Source: Gemmatimonadales bacterium (GTDB lineage Bacteria > Gemmatimonadota > Gemmatimonadetes > Gemmatimonadales > GWC2-71-9). Taken from it: a stretch of DNA of 64,000 nt. This document shows, piece after piece, positions 28,824 through 38,140 of this stretch. Every line of letters begins with the position of its first letter. The first letter of the stretch is position 1. The position numbers and the translations under genes were made by a program. The stretch covers positions 5,845 through 69,844 of the forward strand of contig DATAVM010000108.1 in NCBI GenBank assembly GCA_036267775.1. The letters are read 5' to 3'. Below the pieces are notes generated by a model that worked only from the letters and a program-made list of their open reading frames with translations, was not told where the DNA came from and searched no databases.

Positions 28824-30803
28824 TCAGACAAGAGACCGCACCACGTCCACGATATGCTGCGCGGTGAAGCCGTATTCGCGAAAGAGCACCTCCGCCGGTG
28901 CCGACGCGCCAAAGTGGTCCAGGCCGATCATCACACCCTTGTCGCCAAGCCAGCGGCTCCAGCCGAATGAGCTCGCCGCTTCGACGCCGACGCGCGCGGT
29001 GATCGCCGCCGGCAGGACACGCTCGCGCCACGCGGCGTCCTGCGCGGCAAAGAGCTCCCACGACGGCATCGAGACGACGCGTGTTGGAATCCCTTGTCCT
29101 TCGAGTGTTTCAGCGCCCTTCACGGCGAGCTGCACCTCGGAGCCTGTGGCGATGACGATGGCGCGCGGCGCCGTGGCCGGTTCGTGCAGGATGTAGGCGC
29201 CCCGCGCAACATCGCTCACCGGATCGGCGTTGCGCGTGAGCGCGGGAAGCTTCTGGCGCGTGAGAACGAGTGCCGTCGGTCCGGTCGTGTGCTGGATCGC
29301 CACGCGCCACGATTCCACCGTCTCGGCCGCGTCCGCCGGACGCAGCATCAGCATGTTGGGGATCGCGCGCATCATCGAGAGGTGCTCGACCGGTTGATGC
29401 GTCGGTCCGTCTTCGCCCAGGCCGATCGAGTCGTGACTGAAGAGCAGAATCGACGGCAAGTGCATCAGTGCCGCGAGCCGCACCGATGGTTTGCAGTAAT
29501 CGAGAAAGGCCAGGAATGTCGCGCCATACGGCCGCACGCCACCATGCGCGGCCATGCCGTTGAGTGCTGCTGCCATGCCGTGTTCCCGGACGCCCCAGTG
29601 AAAGCGCGTGCCGGTGGTGTCGCCTTCAAAGACCTCGCCCACCTTGATGTTGGTGCCGTTGCTGCCGCCCAGATCGGCCGAGCCACCGGCAAGGAACGGA
29701 ATGCTCCGGGCCAATGCGTCGAGCGCCTTGAACGACGCCTGACGTGTGGCGAGCGCGTCCCTGGAGAGATCGGGCAAGCCGCTGTCCCAGCCGGCGGGCA
29801 GTTCACCTGCGAGCTGCGCCGTGAATGCCGCGGCATCCGGGTGGGCGGCGAATCGTGCTTCCCACGCCTTGACCAGTGCGTCGCCGGCCGGGGCGATCGG
29901 CGCCATTTCGGTATACGCCTCGGGCGCGACGTGAAACGGGTCCTGCGGCCAGTGCATGATCTCCTTGGTCTTCGCAACTTCTTCCTTGCCCAGCGGCGCA
30001 CCGTGCGCTTCGGCGGTGCCTTCCTTGGTGGGCGCGGGATTGCCGATGACGGTGCGAAGGCGAATCAGCGTCGGGCGTTCGCTGTGTGCGGCCGCGTCGG
30101 CCAGTGCGGTGTCGATGGCGGCGAGGTCGTTGCCGTCGTTCACGTGCAGCACGCGCCAGCCGTACGCGGTGAAACGCATTTCGACATCATCGCTGAACGA
30201 GAGCTCGGTGCCGCCATCGATGGTGATGTGGTTGTCATCGTAGATGACGGTGAGTTTGCCGAGCCTGAGGTGACCGGCGAGCGAAGCGGCTTCGCTGGCT
30301 ACCCCTTCCATCATGTCGCCATCGGACGCAAAGGCCCACGTGCGATGGTTGACGATTTCGGCCCCTGGGTGGTTGTACTGCCTGGCGAGAATCCGCTCGG
30401 CGATCGCCATGCCGACCGCGTTGCCCATGCCCTGACCCAGGGGGCCGGTGGTGACTTCGATGCCAACGGTATGTCCGCGCTCGGGATGACCGGGAGTCTT
30501 CGATCCCCATTGGCGGAACTGCTTGATATCGTCGAGCGAGAGATCGTATCCGCTCAGATGCAGCAGCGAGTATTGCAGCAGCGACGCATGGCCGCAGGAC
30601 ATCACAAAACGGTCGCGATCGGGCCAGTCCGGATGGTGCGGTGCATGCTTGAGATAGCGGCGCCACAGCACGTAACCCGCGGGCGCGAGTGCCATCGGTG
30701 TGCCGGGGTGGCCGGACTGCGCCGCCTCGACGGCGTCCATGGCGAGCACCCTGATGGAATTGATGGTGAGCCACGCTGCGGGGGTGTCGATCGGATTGCT
30801 CAT
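28824..30803 (-). CDS. tkt: Transketolase
   Basis: The true ATG is at 30803 inside track ORF 28824..31904. [28 protein letters not shown] ... [24 protein letters not shown] ... the ThDP motif [10 protein letters not shown]. Confidence 0.95.
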   Translation of the reverse strand: MSNPIDTPAAWLTINSIRVLAMDAVEAAQSGHPGTPMALAPAGYVLWRRYLKHAPHHPDWPDRDRFVMSCGHASLLQYSLLHLSGYDLSLDDIKQFRQWGSKTPGHPERGHTVGIEVTTGPLGQGMGNAVGMAIAERILARQYNHPGAEIVNHRTWAFASDGDMMEGVASEAASLAGHLRLGKLTVIYDDNHITIDGGTELSFSDDVEMRFTAYGWRVLHVNDGNDLAAIDTALADAAAHSERPTLIRLRTVIGNPAPTKEGTAEAHGAPLGKEEVAKTKEIMHWPQDPFHVAPEAYTEMAPIAPAGDALVKAWEARFAAHPDAAAFTAQLAGELPAGWDSGLPDLSRDALATRQASFKALDALARSIPFLAGGSADLGGSNGTNIKVGEVFEGDTTGTRFHWGVREHGMAAALNGMAAHGGVRPYGATFLAFLDYCKPSVRLAALMHLPSILLFSHDSIGLGEDGPTHQPVEHLSMMRAIPNMLMLRPADAAETVESWRVAIQHTTGPTALVLTRQKLPALTRNADPVSDVARGAYILHEPATAPRAIVIATGSEVQLAVKGAETLEGQGIPTRVVSMPSWELFAAQDAAWRERVLPAAITARVGVEAASSFGWSRWLGDKGVMIGLDHFGASAPAEVLFREYGFTAQHIVDVVRSLV

Positions 30804-30901
30804 CGGAGGGGTCACGAGACTCGAAGCAAATGGTTCGAAGGTGCCGGCCGGGAGCCCCAAGATAACGCGAGAGGTGGCACGGGCCGGAGCGGGACGATTC
30901 G

Positions 30902-32581
30902 CTATTGCGGGATGATCACCATGCGCACATCGGCGTCCGCCGTGGTCAGCCACACCATCCGTGCCCGGGCGCCAAAGAGCTGCGTCACGAGCTGGCTCTG
31001 ACGCAACGACGAGAGGGCGTTGAACGCCGGAAGAGACGACGGCGGGATCTGGGCCACCACATGGCCGCCGGCCAGGTAGATACTCGGCTCCGCCGGCATC
31101 ACCGGGCCGATGACCAGGATGTGATCCTGCGAGATTCCCCGGGCGGCGAGGTCTGCATTGGTCTGCGATACACTTGCCACCACGCCGGCAATGTGCTCGG
31201 CGCCATCCACCGCCTGACCGAACCGGGTAATCCCGAAACCCACGACGGCGATCAATCCGGCCGACGCAACGAGCTGCCGGATGGCTCGGGCACCGAGGGC
31301 GGGGCTGGTCGCGGGAGGCGTGCTTCCCGGAGGTGGCGATGCGAGCCACTGAATGGCGGCCAAGCCGAGGAGAAGGGCGGCGGGCGCGATCAGCCTGGGT
31401 TCCGTGTGCACCGCGATGAACTGCGCCAATCCGGCCAGCCCGGCCAGGCTCCAGGTGAGAGCATCGCGATGGAATCCGCTGAGCTCCCGCAGCATTCCGC
31501 GCCGGCGATCGAGCCAGGCCAGCGGGAGTACCGCCGCCAGCAGGAGCGGGAGCAGCCAGAGGCCAAAGACGAGTCGAGCCTGCTCCACCCAGTAGCCAAT
31601 GGTGCAGCTGGCGCAGGGCGGTGTCACGCCGGTCGTCAGCACGCCTGCGTCCCAGGCGGTTGGATCGGACCAGGGAGCGTAGGTCCACGGTAGCGACTGA
31701 TCGAAATCGACCCAGCGCATCTGTACGCTGTCGCTGAGCGACACTTCCCGGTACTGGCGATGATTGCCCAGATGCGTGTCGGGGGTCCGCGAGTCGCAGT
31801 GCTCCAGGTACCAGCAGTAGTTGAGGCGACCGGCCGAGCCGAGGGTGGCCTCGTGGTATTTGAGGGAGACCGGGACCACCCAGAGGAGCATCAAACCGAT
31901 ACATACGGCGGTCGAGCGAAGAACGCCCACGCGTGCGTCACGGCCGCGGGCGCCCCACAGACGCAGCGGAATCAGTACCAGCAGCCACGGCCATGCGCTT
32001 GTCTTGATGAGAAAGGCGAGTCCGAGCAGGAGGCCGATGGCGAACCAGTTGCGGCCTCCCTTCGCCAGTGCCTCATAGCTGAGTGCGGCGATCAGGGCGA
32101 GCAGCAGCACGTCCGGGGTGACGGCTTCGATGCGGGGGAGGCCGGCGCTGCACAGCAGGAGGGCCGCGATCATCGCGCGTCCCACAAACGGGTGTCGATC
32201 ACGCGCCCAGTGCCAGAGAATCGCCAGCGCGAGAAGGGTTGCCGCTCCGTTGAGCAGGTGAGCGATGAGAATCATGCCGAGATGGCCGGCCCCGGTGATG
32301 CCGCCAATGAGCGCAATCAGGGCCGGGTAGAACGGCGACCAGTATCCCTGAACGAAGGCACTCCAGTCGCCGCGGCGCAGCACGCCCGCCAGGTCGAGAT
32401 AGGAGACGCCATCGGGATTGAGGGCCTGCCGGGCAAACCAGGTGTGCGCGATGACCACCGCGACGACCAGCAGGGCCAGTACATCGATCTCACGGAAGCG
32501 CGGCCGGGGGACCTGGGGCACGGGCACGACCGGTGGAACCGCTGGCCGCGGCGCTCCCTTTCCGGTCGTATGCTTTGCCAT
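30902..32581 (-). CDS. Polytopic membrane protein, ArnT/PMT-like (GT-C fold) glycosyltransferase candidate
   Basis: The true ATG is at 32581 ([13 protein letters not shown]...) inside track ORF 30902..33259. There are at least 10 TM helices with a periplasmic loop after TM1 ([11 protein letters not shown]) and a C-terminal soluble part. The family assignment rests on topology only. Confidence 0.5.
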   Translation of the reverse strand: MAKHTTGKGAPRPAVPPVVPVPQVPRPRFREIDVLALLVVAVVIAHTWFARQALNPDGVSYLDLAGVLRRGDWSAFVQGYWSPFYPALIALIGGITGAGHLGMILIAHLLNGAATLLALAILWHWARDRHPFVGRAMIAALLLCSAGLPRIEAVTPDVLLLALIAALSYEALAKGGRNWFAIGLLLGLAFLIKTSAWPWLLVLIPLRLWGARGRDARVGVLRSTAVCIGLMLLWVVPVSLKYHEATLGSAGRLNYCWYLEHCDSRTPDTHLGNHRQYREVSLSDSVQMRWVDFDQSLPWTYAPWSDPTAWDAGVLTTGVTPPCASCTIGYWVEQARLVFGLWLLPLLLAAVLPLAWLDRRRGMLRELSGFHRDALTWSLAGLAGLAQFIAVHTEPRLIAPAALLLGLAAIQWLASPPPGSTPPATSPALGARAIRQLVASAGLIAVVGFGITRFGQAVDGAEHIAGVVASVSQTNADLAARGISQDHILVIGPVMPAEPSIYLAGGHVVAQIPPSSLPAFNALSSLRQSQLVTQLFGARARMVWLTTADADVRMVIIPQ

Positions 32582-32644
32582 GGGTCTCCTTTTCCCCGAT
32601 CCCGAACGGAACTCGCCACTGCCGTGTCCAATGGTATCACGAAG

Positions 32645-33217
32645 ATGCTGAACGCGGATGCGATAGGCCTGCCGCTGGCAGAGAGCGCGGAGCGCTCGCT
32701 CATTGCCCGGGCGGCCGGAGGCGACATGGCGGCCGCGCGCGCGCTGCACGACGCCCACGCGGCGCGGGTGTTCCGGATCGCGTACCGGATGTGCGGCGAC
32801 ACGCACCTCGCCGCCGACCTCACGCAGGACGTGTTCGCCCGGGTCTTCCGCCAGTTGGGCCAGTTTCGCGGCGAAGCGGCGTTTACCACCTGGCTGCATC
32901 GGGTCGCCGTGACGACCTGCCTCAACACGCTGCGCAAGGTCAAGCGCATCGAAGGCCGGCAGGTGGAGCTCGAAGAGGCGCGCGACCAGCCGGCGGGCAA
33001 CGGCGGCATCGATCCGGCGACACGGCAGGCGCTGGCGAATGCCATCGAAGCGCTGCCGGACAATCTGCGGATCGTCGTCGTGATGCACGCGCTCGAGGGT
33101 TACACCCACGCGGAAATCGCCGCCGCGCTGGGCATTGCCGAAGGAACGAGCCGGAGCAGGGAACATGAGGCCCGGGCGCGATTGCGCGCGGCGCTCGGCG
33201 GAAGCCGGGAGGGGTGA
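32645..33217 (+). CDS. ECF (group IV) sigma-70 family RNA polymerase sigma factor
   Basis: The true ATG is at 32645 inside track ORF 31760..33217. Region 2: VFRIAYRMCGDTHLAADLTQDVFARVFRQLGQFRGEAAFTTWLHRVAVTTCLN. Region 4: LPDNLRIVVVMHALEGYTHAEIAAALGIAEGTSRS. Confidence 0.9.
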   Translation: MLNADAIGLPLAESAERSLIARAAGGDMAAARALHDAHAARVFRIAYRMCGDTHLAADLTQDVFARVFRQLGQFRGEAAFTTWLHRVAVTTCLNTLRKVKRIEGRQVELEEARDQPAGNGGIDPATRQALANAIEALPDNLRIVVVMHALEGYTHAEIAAALGIAEGTSRSREHEARARLRAALGGSREG

Positions 33218-33855
33218 CGATGGAACGCGAACCACTGGATGATCGACAACTCGACGCACTGCTGGAGGACGCGCGCCAGACGTGGCGCGTGCCGCCGGTA
33301 CCGCCGCTCGACGCGATGTGGACCGGTGTGGCGGATCAGCTTGCGACGCCGGTGCGCGCTGCTCCGGGATGGCGAGTGGTCGGGCTCGCGGCGGCGGCAG
33401 CGCTCATGGTGGGCGTCGTTGGAGGACGGGTGAGCGCGACGCACAGCGCCGCCGTCGCGGCGCGCGTGTCGCGGACATCTGCGACGGCGTTGCCGGCGCT
33501 CCCGGCGGCGTCCGACGATCCCAATCAGCGCACGATGGGCGAGTTGCTTGGCCGCACCGCAGTGCTGCTTGCCGCACTCCCCGGTGACAGCACGCGGACC
33601 GTGGATCCCGCGATGACGCACGAAAGCGAGAAGTTGCTCACGCAGACGCGGTTGCTGCTCGACTCACCTGTAGCGAGCGATCCGCGGCTCAGAAATCTCC
33701 TGCTCGATCTTGAGTTGGTGCTGGCGCAGGTGGCCCGCATCGAGCCGCAGCGGCGGACCGATGACATGGTGCTGATCCAGGCCGCACTCGATGACCGCGA
33801 TATCGTACCCCGGCTGCGCTCGGCTGTGGCTGACCTTTCCCTCGACGACTTCTAG
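33214..33855 (+). CDS. Putative anti-sigma factor (single-pass membrane protein)
   Basis: The GTG overlaps the sigma stop (GTGA). A short cytoplasmic N-terminus, one TM helix (WRVVGLAAAAALMVGVVGG) and an extracytoplasmic C-terminus. Confidence 0.6.
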   Translation: MTMEREPLDDRQLDALLEDARQTWRVPPVPPLDAMWTGVADQLATPVRAAPGWRVVGLAAAAALMVGVVGGRVSATHSAAVAARVSRTSATALPALPAASDDPNQRTMGELLGRTAVLLAALPGDSTRTVDPAMTHESEKLLTQTRLLLDSPVASDPRLRNLLLDLELVLAQVARIEPQRRTDDMVLIQAALDDRDIVPRLRSAVADLSLDDF

Positions 33856-33863
33856 AGGTTTCC

Positions 33864-35657
33864 ATGCTGCGTCTTGTCACACTCTTTTCTCTCGCCGGCG
33901 TCACGGCGCTCGCCGCGCAGGTTCCCGCCCGCGCCACGCCAGTGACACCGGTGGTGCCGGCCGCTCCCGCGATCCCGGCGGTGCCGTTTCGGGCCTACAC
34001 CGACTACTCGTCCGACATCAATTCGGCATACACCGCGCTGGACATGGCGCAGTCGAATCTCAACAGCGTGAACTTCGATTACGGCCAGACGCTCGAAAGC
34101 CTCGACAATTTCCGCTTTGCGCAGTTGGACGATCAGCTGGGGTCGTTTGCCAGTGCGGGCGGCTGGGGTGGCCCGACGCTCTGGGCGCCTGGCGATCCGG
34201 CCGATTCGCTCTATCGCTCCGCGCGCGAGCTGCTCAATCGCGGCGACTATCGCCGCGCCGCCGACGAGTTCAAGCTCGTACCGGCCAAGTTTCCATCGTC
34301 CGCGTACGTGTCGGACGCGGAGTACTGGGAAGCCTTTTCGCTCTACCGCATTGGCGGCACGCCGGAGCTGCAGGACGCGCTCAAGGTGCTGCAGGACCGC
34401 AAGCCGACCGCGCGCGACAGCCTCATGAAGAACCGCGCCGACCGCGTGCCCGTCAAGGTGCCGTTGGATGTGGCGGTCAGGACGTCGAGCACTGACAACG
34501 CCGCCGCGCCGGCGCGTGCGCAGCAGGTGCAGGACGCGCGCGCTCAGCAGCGGCAGGCGGAGGAGGCACAGCGTCAGGCCGAAACGACGGCGCGGCAGGC
34601 CGCGCGCGTGGTCACCAATTCCTACGACGTGAGCCGCGGCAATTTCTCCTATTCCTACAGCATGGACGGCGGGGTCGATGCGGCGGGACTCGCCGCGCGG
34701 ATCGCATCGGTGCTGTCGTCGCGCGGCATGGCCAACGATCCCGCGGTCAAGCAGGCGCTTGCCGCTGGCGGCAACGCATGTGACACCGAAGATCAGTCGG
34801 TCAAGGCGGAGGCGCTCAACGCGCTGATGGAATCGGACGCGGACGCGGCGCGCGACATGGCGACGAAGATCCTGGCCCGCCGCGACAAGTGCTCCGCCCC
34901 GCTCCGCCGCAACGCGGTGATGCTGCTGGGCAATCGCAACGGCGACGCGGCAACGCCGACGCTCGTGGGCGTGGCCAAGAACGATCCCGAGCCGACCGTC
35001 CGGTCGGCCGCAATGGACTGGCTGGTACGCGCCAAGAGCGAAGCCGCGCTCGCCGCCGTGATCGACATCGCGCATTCGGACACCAGCGAACAGATGCAGC
35101 GCGTCGCGGTAAGTGCGCTCGCACGGAGCGACGACTCCCGCGCGAAGGCAGAGCTGCGTGCCATTGCCGAGAACAACAGCGCCCGCGAGCAGTTGCGGTT
35201 GACGGCGCTGCAATCGTTCGACCGTGATCGCGGCACGACCGCGGACGGTGCGTGGCTCCGGGATCTCTATGGCAAGACCACGAGCACGATCATGAAAGAG
35301 CAGATCGTGTCGACCCTGGGCCAGATCGGCGGCGACGCGAACAATCAGTGGCTGGTGACGTTGATCCACGACGAGAATCAGCCGCTCGAGATGCGTTCCG
35401 CGGCGCTCCGGCGCATGGGGCGCACAATGGATATCCCCTCCCTCGGCAAGGCCTATGACGGCGCTTCGGAGCGGCCGATTCGCGAGACGATCATTCAGCT
35501 GTTGTCCGATCGGAAGGAACCGGAAGCGGCCGACAAGCTGATCGACATCGCCAAGAACGGCACCGATCCGCAGATGCGCCGCGAAGCGATCAGCGCGTTG
35601 GCTCGCAGCAAGGATCCGCGTGCCAGCAAGCTCCTGCTCGAATTGATCGACCGATGA
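33864..35657 (+). CDS. Secreted HEAT-repeat protein
   Basis: Signal peptide MLRLVTLFSLAGVTALAAQ. A TPR-like segment and a Gln/Ala/Arg-rich linker, then repeated HEAT/PBS-lyase-like units (DPEPTVRSAAMDWL, RVAVSALARSDD, LEMRSAALRRMG, DPQMRREAISALARSKDPRA). Confidence 0.7.
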   Translation: MLRLVTLFSLAGVTALAAQVPARATPVTPVVPAAPAIPAVPFRAYTDYSSDINSAYTALDMAQSNLNSVNFDYGQTLESLDNFRFAQLDDQLGSFASAGGWGGPTLWAPGDPADSLYRSARELLNRGDYRRAADEFKLVPAKFPSSAYVSDAEYWEAFSLYRIGGTPELQDALKVLQDRKPTARDSLMKNRADRVPVKVPLDVAVRTSSTDNAAAPARAQQVQDARAQQRQAEEAQRQAETTARQAARVVTNSYDVSRGNFSYSYSMDGGVDAAGLAARIASVLSSRGMANDPAVKQALAAGGNACDTEDQSVKAEALNALMESDADAARDMATKILARRDKCSAPLRRNAVMLLGNRNGDAATPTLVGVAKNDPEPTVRSAAMDWLVRAKSEAALAAVIDIAHSDTSEQMQRVAVSALARSDDSRAKAELRAIAENNSAREQLRLTALQSFDRDRGTTADGAWLRDLYGKTTSTIMKEQIVSTLGQIGGDANNQWLVTLIHDENQPLEMRSAALRRMGRTMDIPSLGKAYDGASERPIRETIIQLLSDRKEPEAADKLIDIAKNGTDPQMRREAISALARSKDPRASKLLLELIDR

Positions 35658-36751
35658 ACCGCCCGCTGAGAATTGCGCTCTCGGGCGCCACGCTGCTGGC
35701 CTTTCCATCGGTGGCTGCGGCGCAGACGCTGGATCGTCGCGTCGCTGCCGCCGGCGATGGATCCACCGAGTTCCACTTTGCCGCACACGAGGGTGTCTGC
35801 GGCGATGGCAAGAGCTTCATGCGCGCCGCCGAAGACGGCTACTACTCGTCGTATAACTCGAACTCGGGCAGCGACGACGTCTGTCTCAAGGGTCCGGTGC
35901 GGGTGGTGATCGTACACGCCGGGCGCGACGTGGTGAAGATCGAGACCTACGCCGGGCCGCTCGCGTCCGACGAGGGCGGCCACGACCTCGGTGCGGTTTC
36001 GGCGCGTGAGGCCGCGAGCTATCTCCTGGGCCTGGCGACCACGCTCGACGGCCGTCCGGCGCGCGAAGCGATTCTCCCCGCCACGCTGGCCGACAGCGCG
36101 ATCATCACGCCGCAGCTGTTGACGCTGGCGCAGGACGCCAACCGGTCGCGCGACCTCCGGCGCACGGCAATCTCGTGGCTCGCGCGGCGGCGCAATGAGA
36201 CGGGCGGTGTCGGCGCGGCAGCCGTGTCGAGATTGCTCGACGAGTTGATTCGCAATCGGAGCGAATCGGAGTCGGTCCGCCAGCAGGCGCTCAGCACGGT
36301 GGCCGGTCTCGATCGCGGCGAAGGTGTTCCGGTGCTGATCGGCCTGGTCGGCGACGCCGACACTTGGCTCGCGCACCAGGCGACGACGTCGCTGGCCAAC
36401 TCGGGCGATCCGCGCGCACGGCAATTCACCCGCGAAGCCGTGCGGCGCACCGATCTGGACGAGGACAGCCGCGTCGCCGTCATCAACGGCCTGGGTAACA
36501 CCTATGCCGGCGCCGACGACATCAAGGTGCTGCGCGATCTGTACCCCTCGCTCAATACCGATCGCGAGCGCGATGCGGTGCTCAATGCGGTCGCATCGGC
36601 CGGAGGCAACGACAATGCGTCATGGCTGCTCGCGATTGCCAAGTCACCGACGGAGCCGGCGCAGCGTCGGCGCCGTGTGGTCTCGCTCCTGGGGCGCTTT
36701 GACGATCCGCGCGTCAAGGACGCACTCAAGGAGATGATCGACAAGGAGTGA
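35654..36751 (+). CDS. Secreted HEAT-repeat protein (second copy)
   Basis: ATGA overlap with the previous gene. Signal peptide LSGATLLAFPSVAAAQ. HEAT-like units (LRRTAISWLARR, SVRQQALSTVAGL, HQATTSLANSGDPRA, RRRRVVSLLGRFDDPRV). Confidence 0.65.
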   Translation: MNRPLRIALSGATLLAFPSVAAAQTLDRRVAAAGDGSTEFHFAAHEGVCGDGKSFMRAAEDGYYSSYNSNSGSDDVCLKGPVRVVIVHAGRDVVKIETYAGPLASDEGGHDLGAVSAREAASYLLGLATTLDGRPAREAILPATLADSAIITPQLLTLAQDANRSRDLRRTAISWLARRRNETGGVGAAAVSRLLDELIRNRSESESVRQQALSTVAGLDRGEGVPVLIGLVGDADTWLAHQATTSLANSGDPRARQFTREAVRRTDLDEDSRVAVINGLGNTYAGADDIKVLRDLYPSLNTDRERDAVLNAVASAGGNDNASWLLAIAKSPTEPAQRRRRVVSLLGRFDDPRVKDALKEMIDKE

Positions 36752-36796
36752 TGCGGCGAGGGTACGCGATCGTCCACTGCGCGTTAGCTTCTCGGG

Positions 36797-37663
36797 GTGA
36801 CCGATCGCGTGCCTGGCAGCAATGATGCGCTGCGAAACCGCCTGCAGCTTGCCGTTGGCGGTGCTGCCGTCCTGGGCGAAGAGCTGCCCGCATCGGGTGG
36901 CCGGCGTCTCTTCGAGGCGCTCGACGGGCCGGTGTCGTCCCCCGGCGGCGCGGCCCGTTTGCGCGTGATGCTCTATCCGCGGCCATCCGTTGGTCCCGAT
37001 CCCGCGGCCGTCACCATGTATCTCCAGAAGGTCCGCGAATTGGCCCATCCCGGTCTCATTCTTCCCACCGCCAGCGGCGACTTTGAGGGTCACACCTGGT
37101 TGGCGGAGCCCGCACCGGTCGCACCCACTGCTCGGGAATGGTTGCGCGACAACGGCCCATTCCCCATTCGTGATGGCGTCCAGGCCATGCGCGCGCTGGC
37201 ACGGGCCCTGACCGCCTTGCAGCGGCGCGGGCTTGCCCACGGTGCGATCGCGCTCGAGAGCGTGCGAATTGATGGCGTCACGGCACAGCTGTCGGCGGTG
37301 GGTGCGTCGACTACCGGTACCGTGCGTGGTGACCTCGACGCGCTTGCACTCGTGGCCTGGGCCCTGCTCACTGGCGAGGAGACGCCCCCTGCTGGCGCGC
37401 CCCTCTCCCGCTACCGTCGCGGGGTACCACGCGAGCTCGATGCGCTGTTCGCCGCAATGCTCGCCGAGCGTGTCGACAAGCGGCCCGCCGATGCGGTCGC
37501 GATTCTCGACGCGCTCGATGCGATTCCCACACCCGCAACGTCGCCCGCGTCGCGCCTGATCGACGGATTTGGTGCCGGGAGCCGTCCCCGGCGAACCCGC
37601 GCCGCCATTGGCGTGCTTGCCGCACTGGCGGTGGTCGCGCTGCTGTATTGGCTGAGTCGTTGA
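36797..37663 (+). CDS. Membrane-anchored Ser/Thr-kinase-like pseudokinase
   Basis: Kinase-fold landmarks are kept (HPGLILP, ALARALTALQRRGLAHGAIALESVRID, DLDALALVAWALLTGEETP, MLAERVDKRPADA). The catalytic HRD..K..N is replaced by HGA..L..S, DFG by AVG, and there is no VAIK lysine. C-terminal TM helix AAIGVLAALAVVALLYWL. Confidence 0.5.
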   Translation: MTDRVPGSNDALRNRLQLAVGGAAVLGEELPASGGRRLFEALDGPVSSPGGAARLRVMLYPRPSVGPDPAAVTMYLQKVRELAHPGLILPTASGDFEGHTWLAEPAPVAPTAREWLRDNGPFPIRDGVQAMRALARALTALQRRGLAHGAIALESVRIDGVTAQLSAVGASTTGTVRGDLDALALVAWALLTGEETPPAGAPLSRYRRGVPRELDALFAAMLAERVDKRPADAVAILDALDAIPTPATSPASRLIDGFGAGSRPRRTRAAIGVLAALAVVALLYWLSR

Positions 37664-37774
37664 GGGGTGGCGCGGGCGGGGCGGGAACCGGCGGCCGGGG
37701 CGAAGGTGTTCAACTGCGTATGCTGCACCAACATGGTTACTCTTCAAGCCTGACCGCTCGACCAAAGGAATTTC

Positions 37775-38137
37775 GTGGTGGCCACTAGTTCCCGTCTTCG
37801 CCGCTCGCCCGGTCGCTCCTATGGAGCGCATCGCGAGTGGCTCCTCGCCCGACACGGCTCCGTGTGTGCCTACTGCGGTACGCGTGTGCCGGCCGAGACC
37901 ATCACCCTCGATCACGTACGGCCACGCAAAGGGCAGACGGCCTACGACCGGCCCGACAACCTGGTCCTCGCATGCCGACCCTGCAATGCGGCCAAGGCCG
38001 ACACGCCGCTCCTCGCGTTCCTGATGGCCCGGCGCTCCCGCGGTGTCTTTCTGCTTCACTACGGGGACCATCTCTCCGAACCGCTCAAGACGCTCGCCAA
38101 GACCGCCAGCGAACGTCCGCTGCTTCCGCCCGACTGA
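37775..38137 (+). CDS. Small stand-alone HNH endonuclease
   Basis: 120 aa: CAYCGTRVPAETITLDHVRPRKG ... DNLVLACRPCNAAK, the CxxC...H...N...CxxCN HNH/zinc-finger signature. Confidence 0.8.
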   Translation: MVATSSRLRRSPGRSYGAHREWLLARHGSVCAYCGTRVPAETITLDHVRPRKGQTAYDRPDNLVLACRPCNAAKADTPLLAFLMARRSRGVFLLHYGDHLSEPLKTLAKTASERPLLPPD

Positions 38138-38140
38138 TTC

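Noticed and set aside
30832-30839. GGTTCGAA (a tRNA T-loop-like octamer) in the tkt upstream region.
   Set aside because: The flanking 80 nt cannot be folded into acceptor, D or anticodon arms. I found no tRNA anywhere in the window.
37775-38137. The HNH endonuclease as the missing nuclease of the methyltransferase/helicase module.
   Set aside because: It lies more than 8 kb away, separated by odhA, fadIJ and a membrane-protein gene on mixed strands. Nothing indicates co-transcription.
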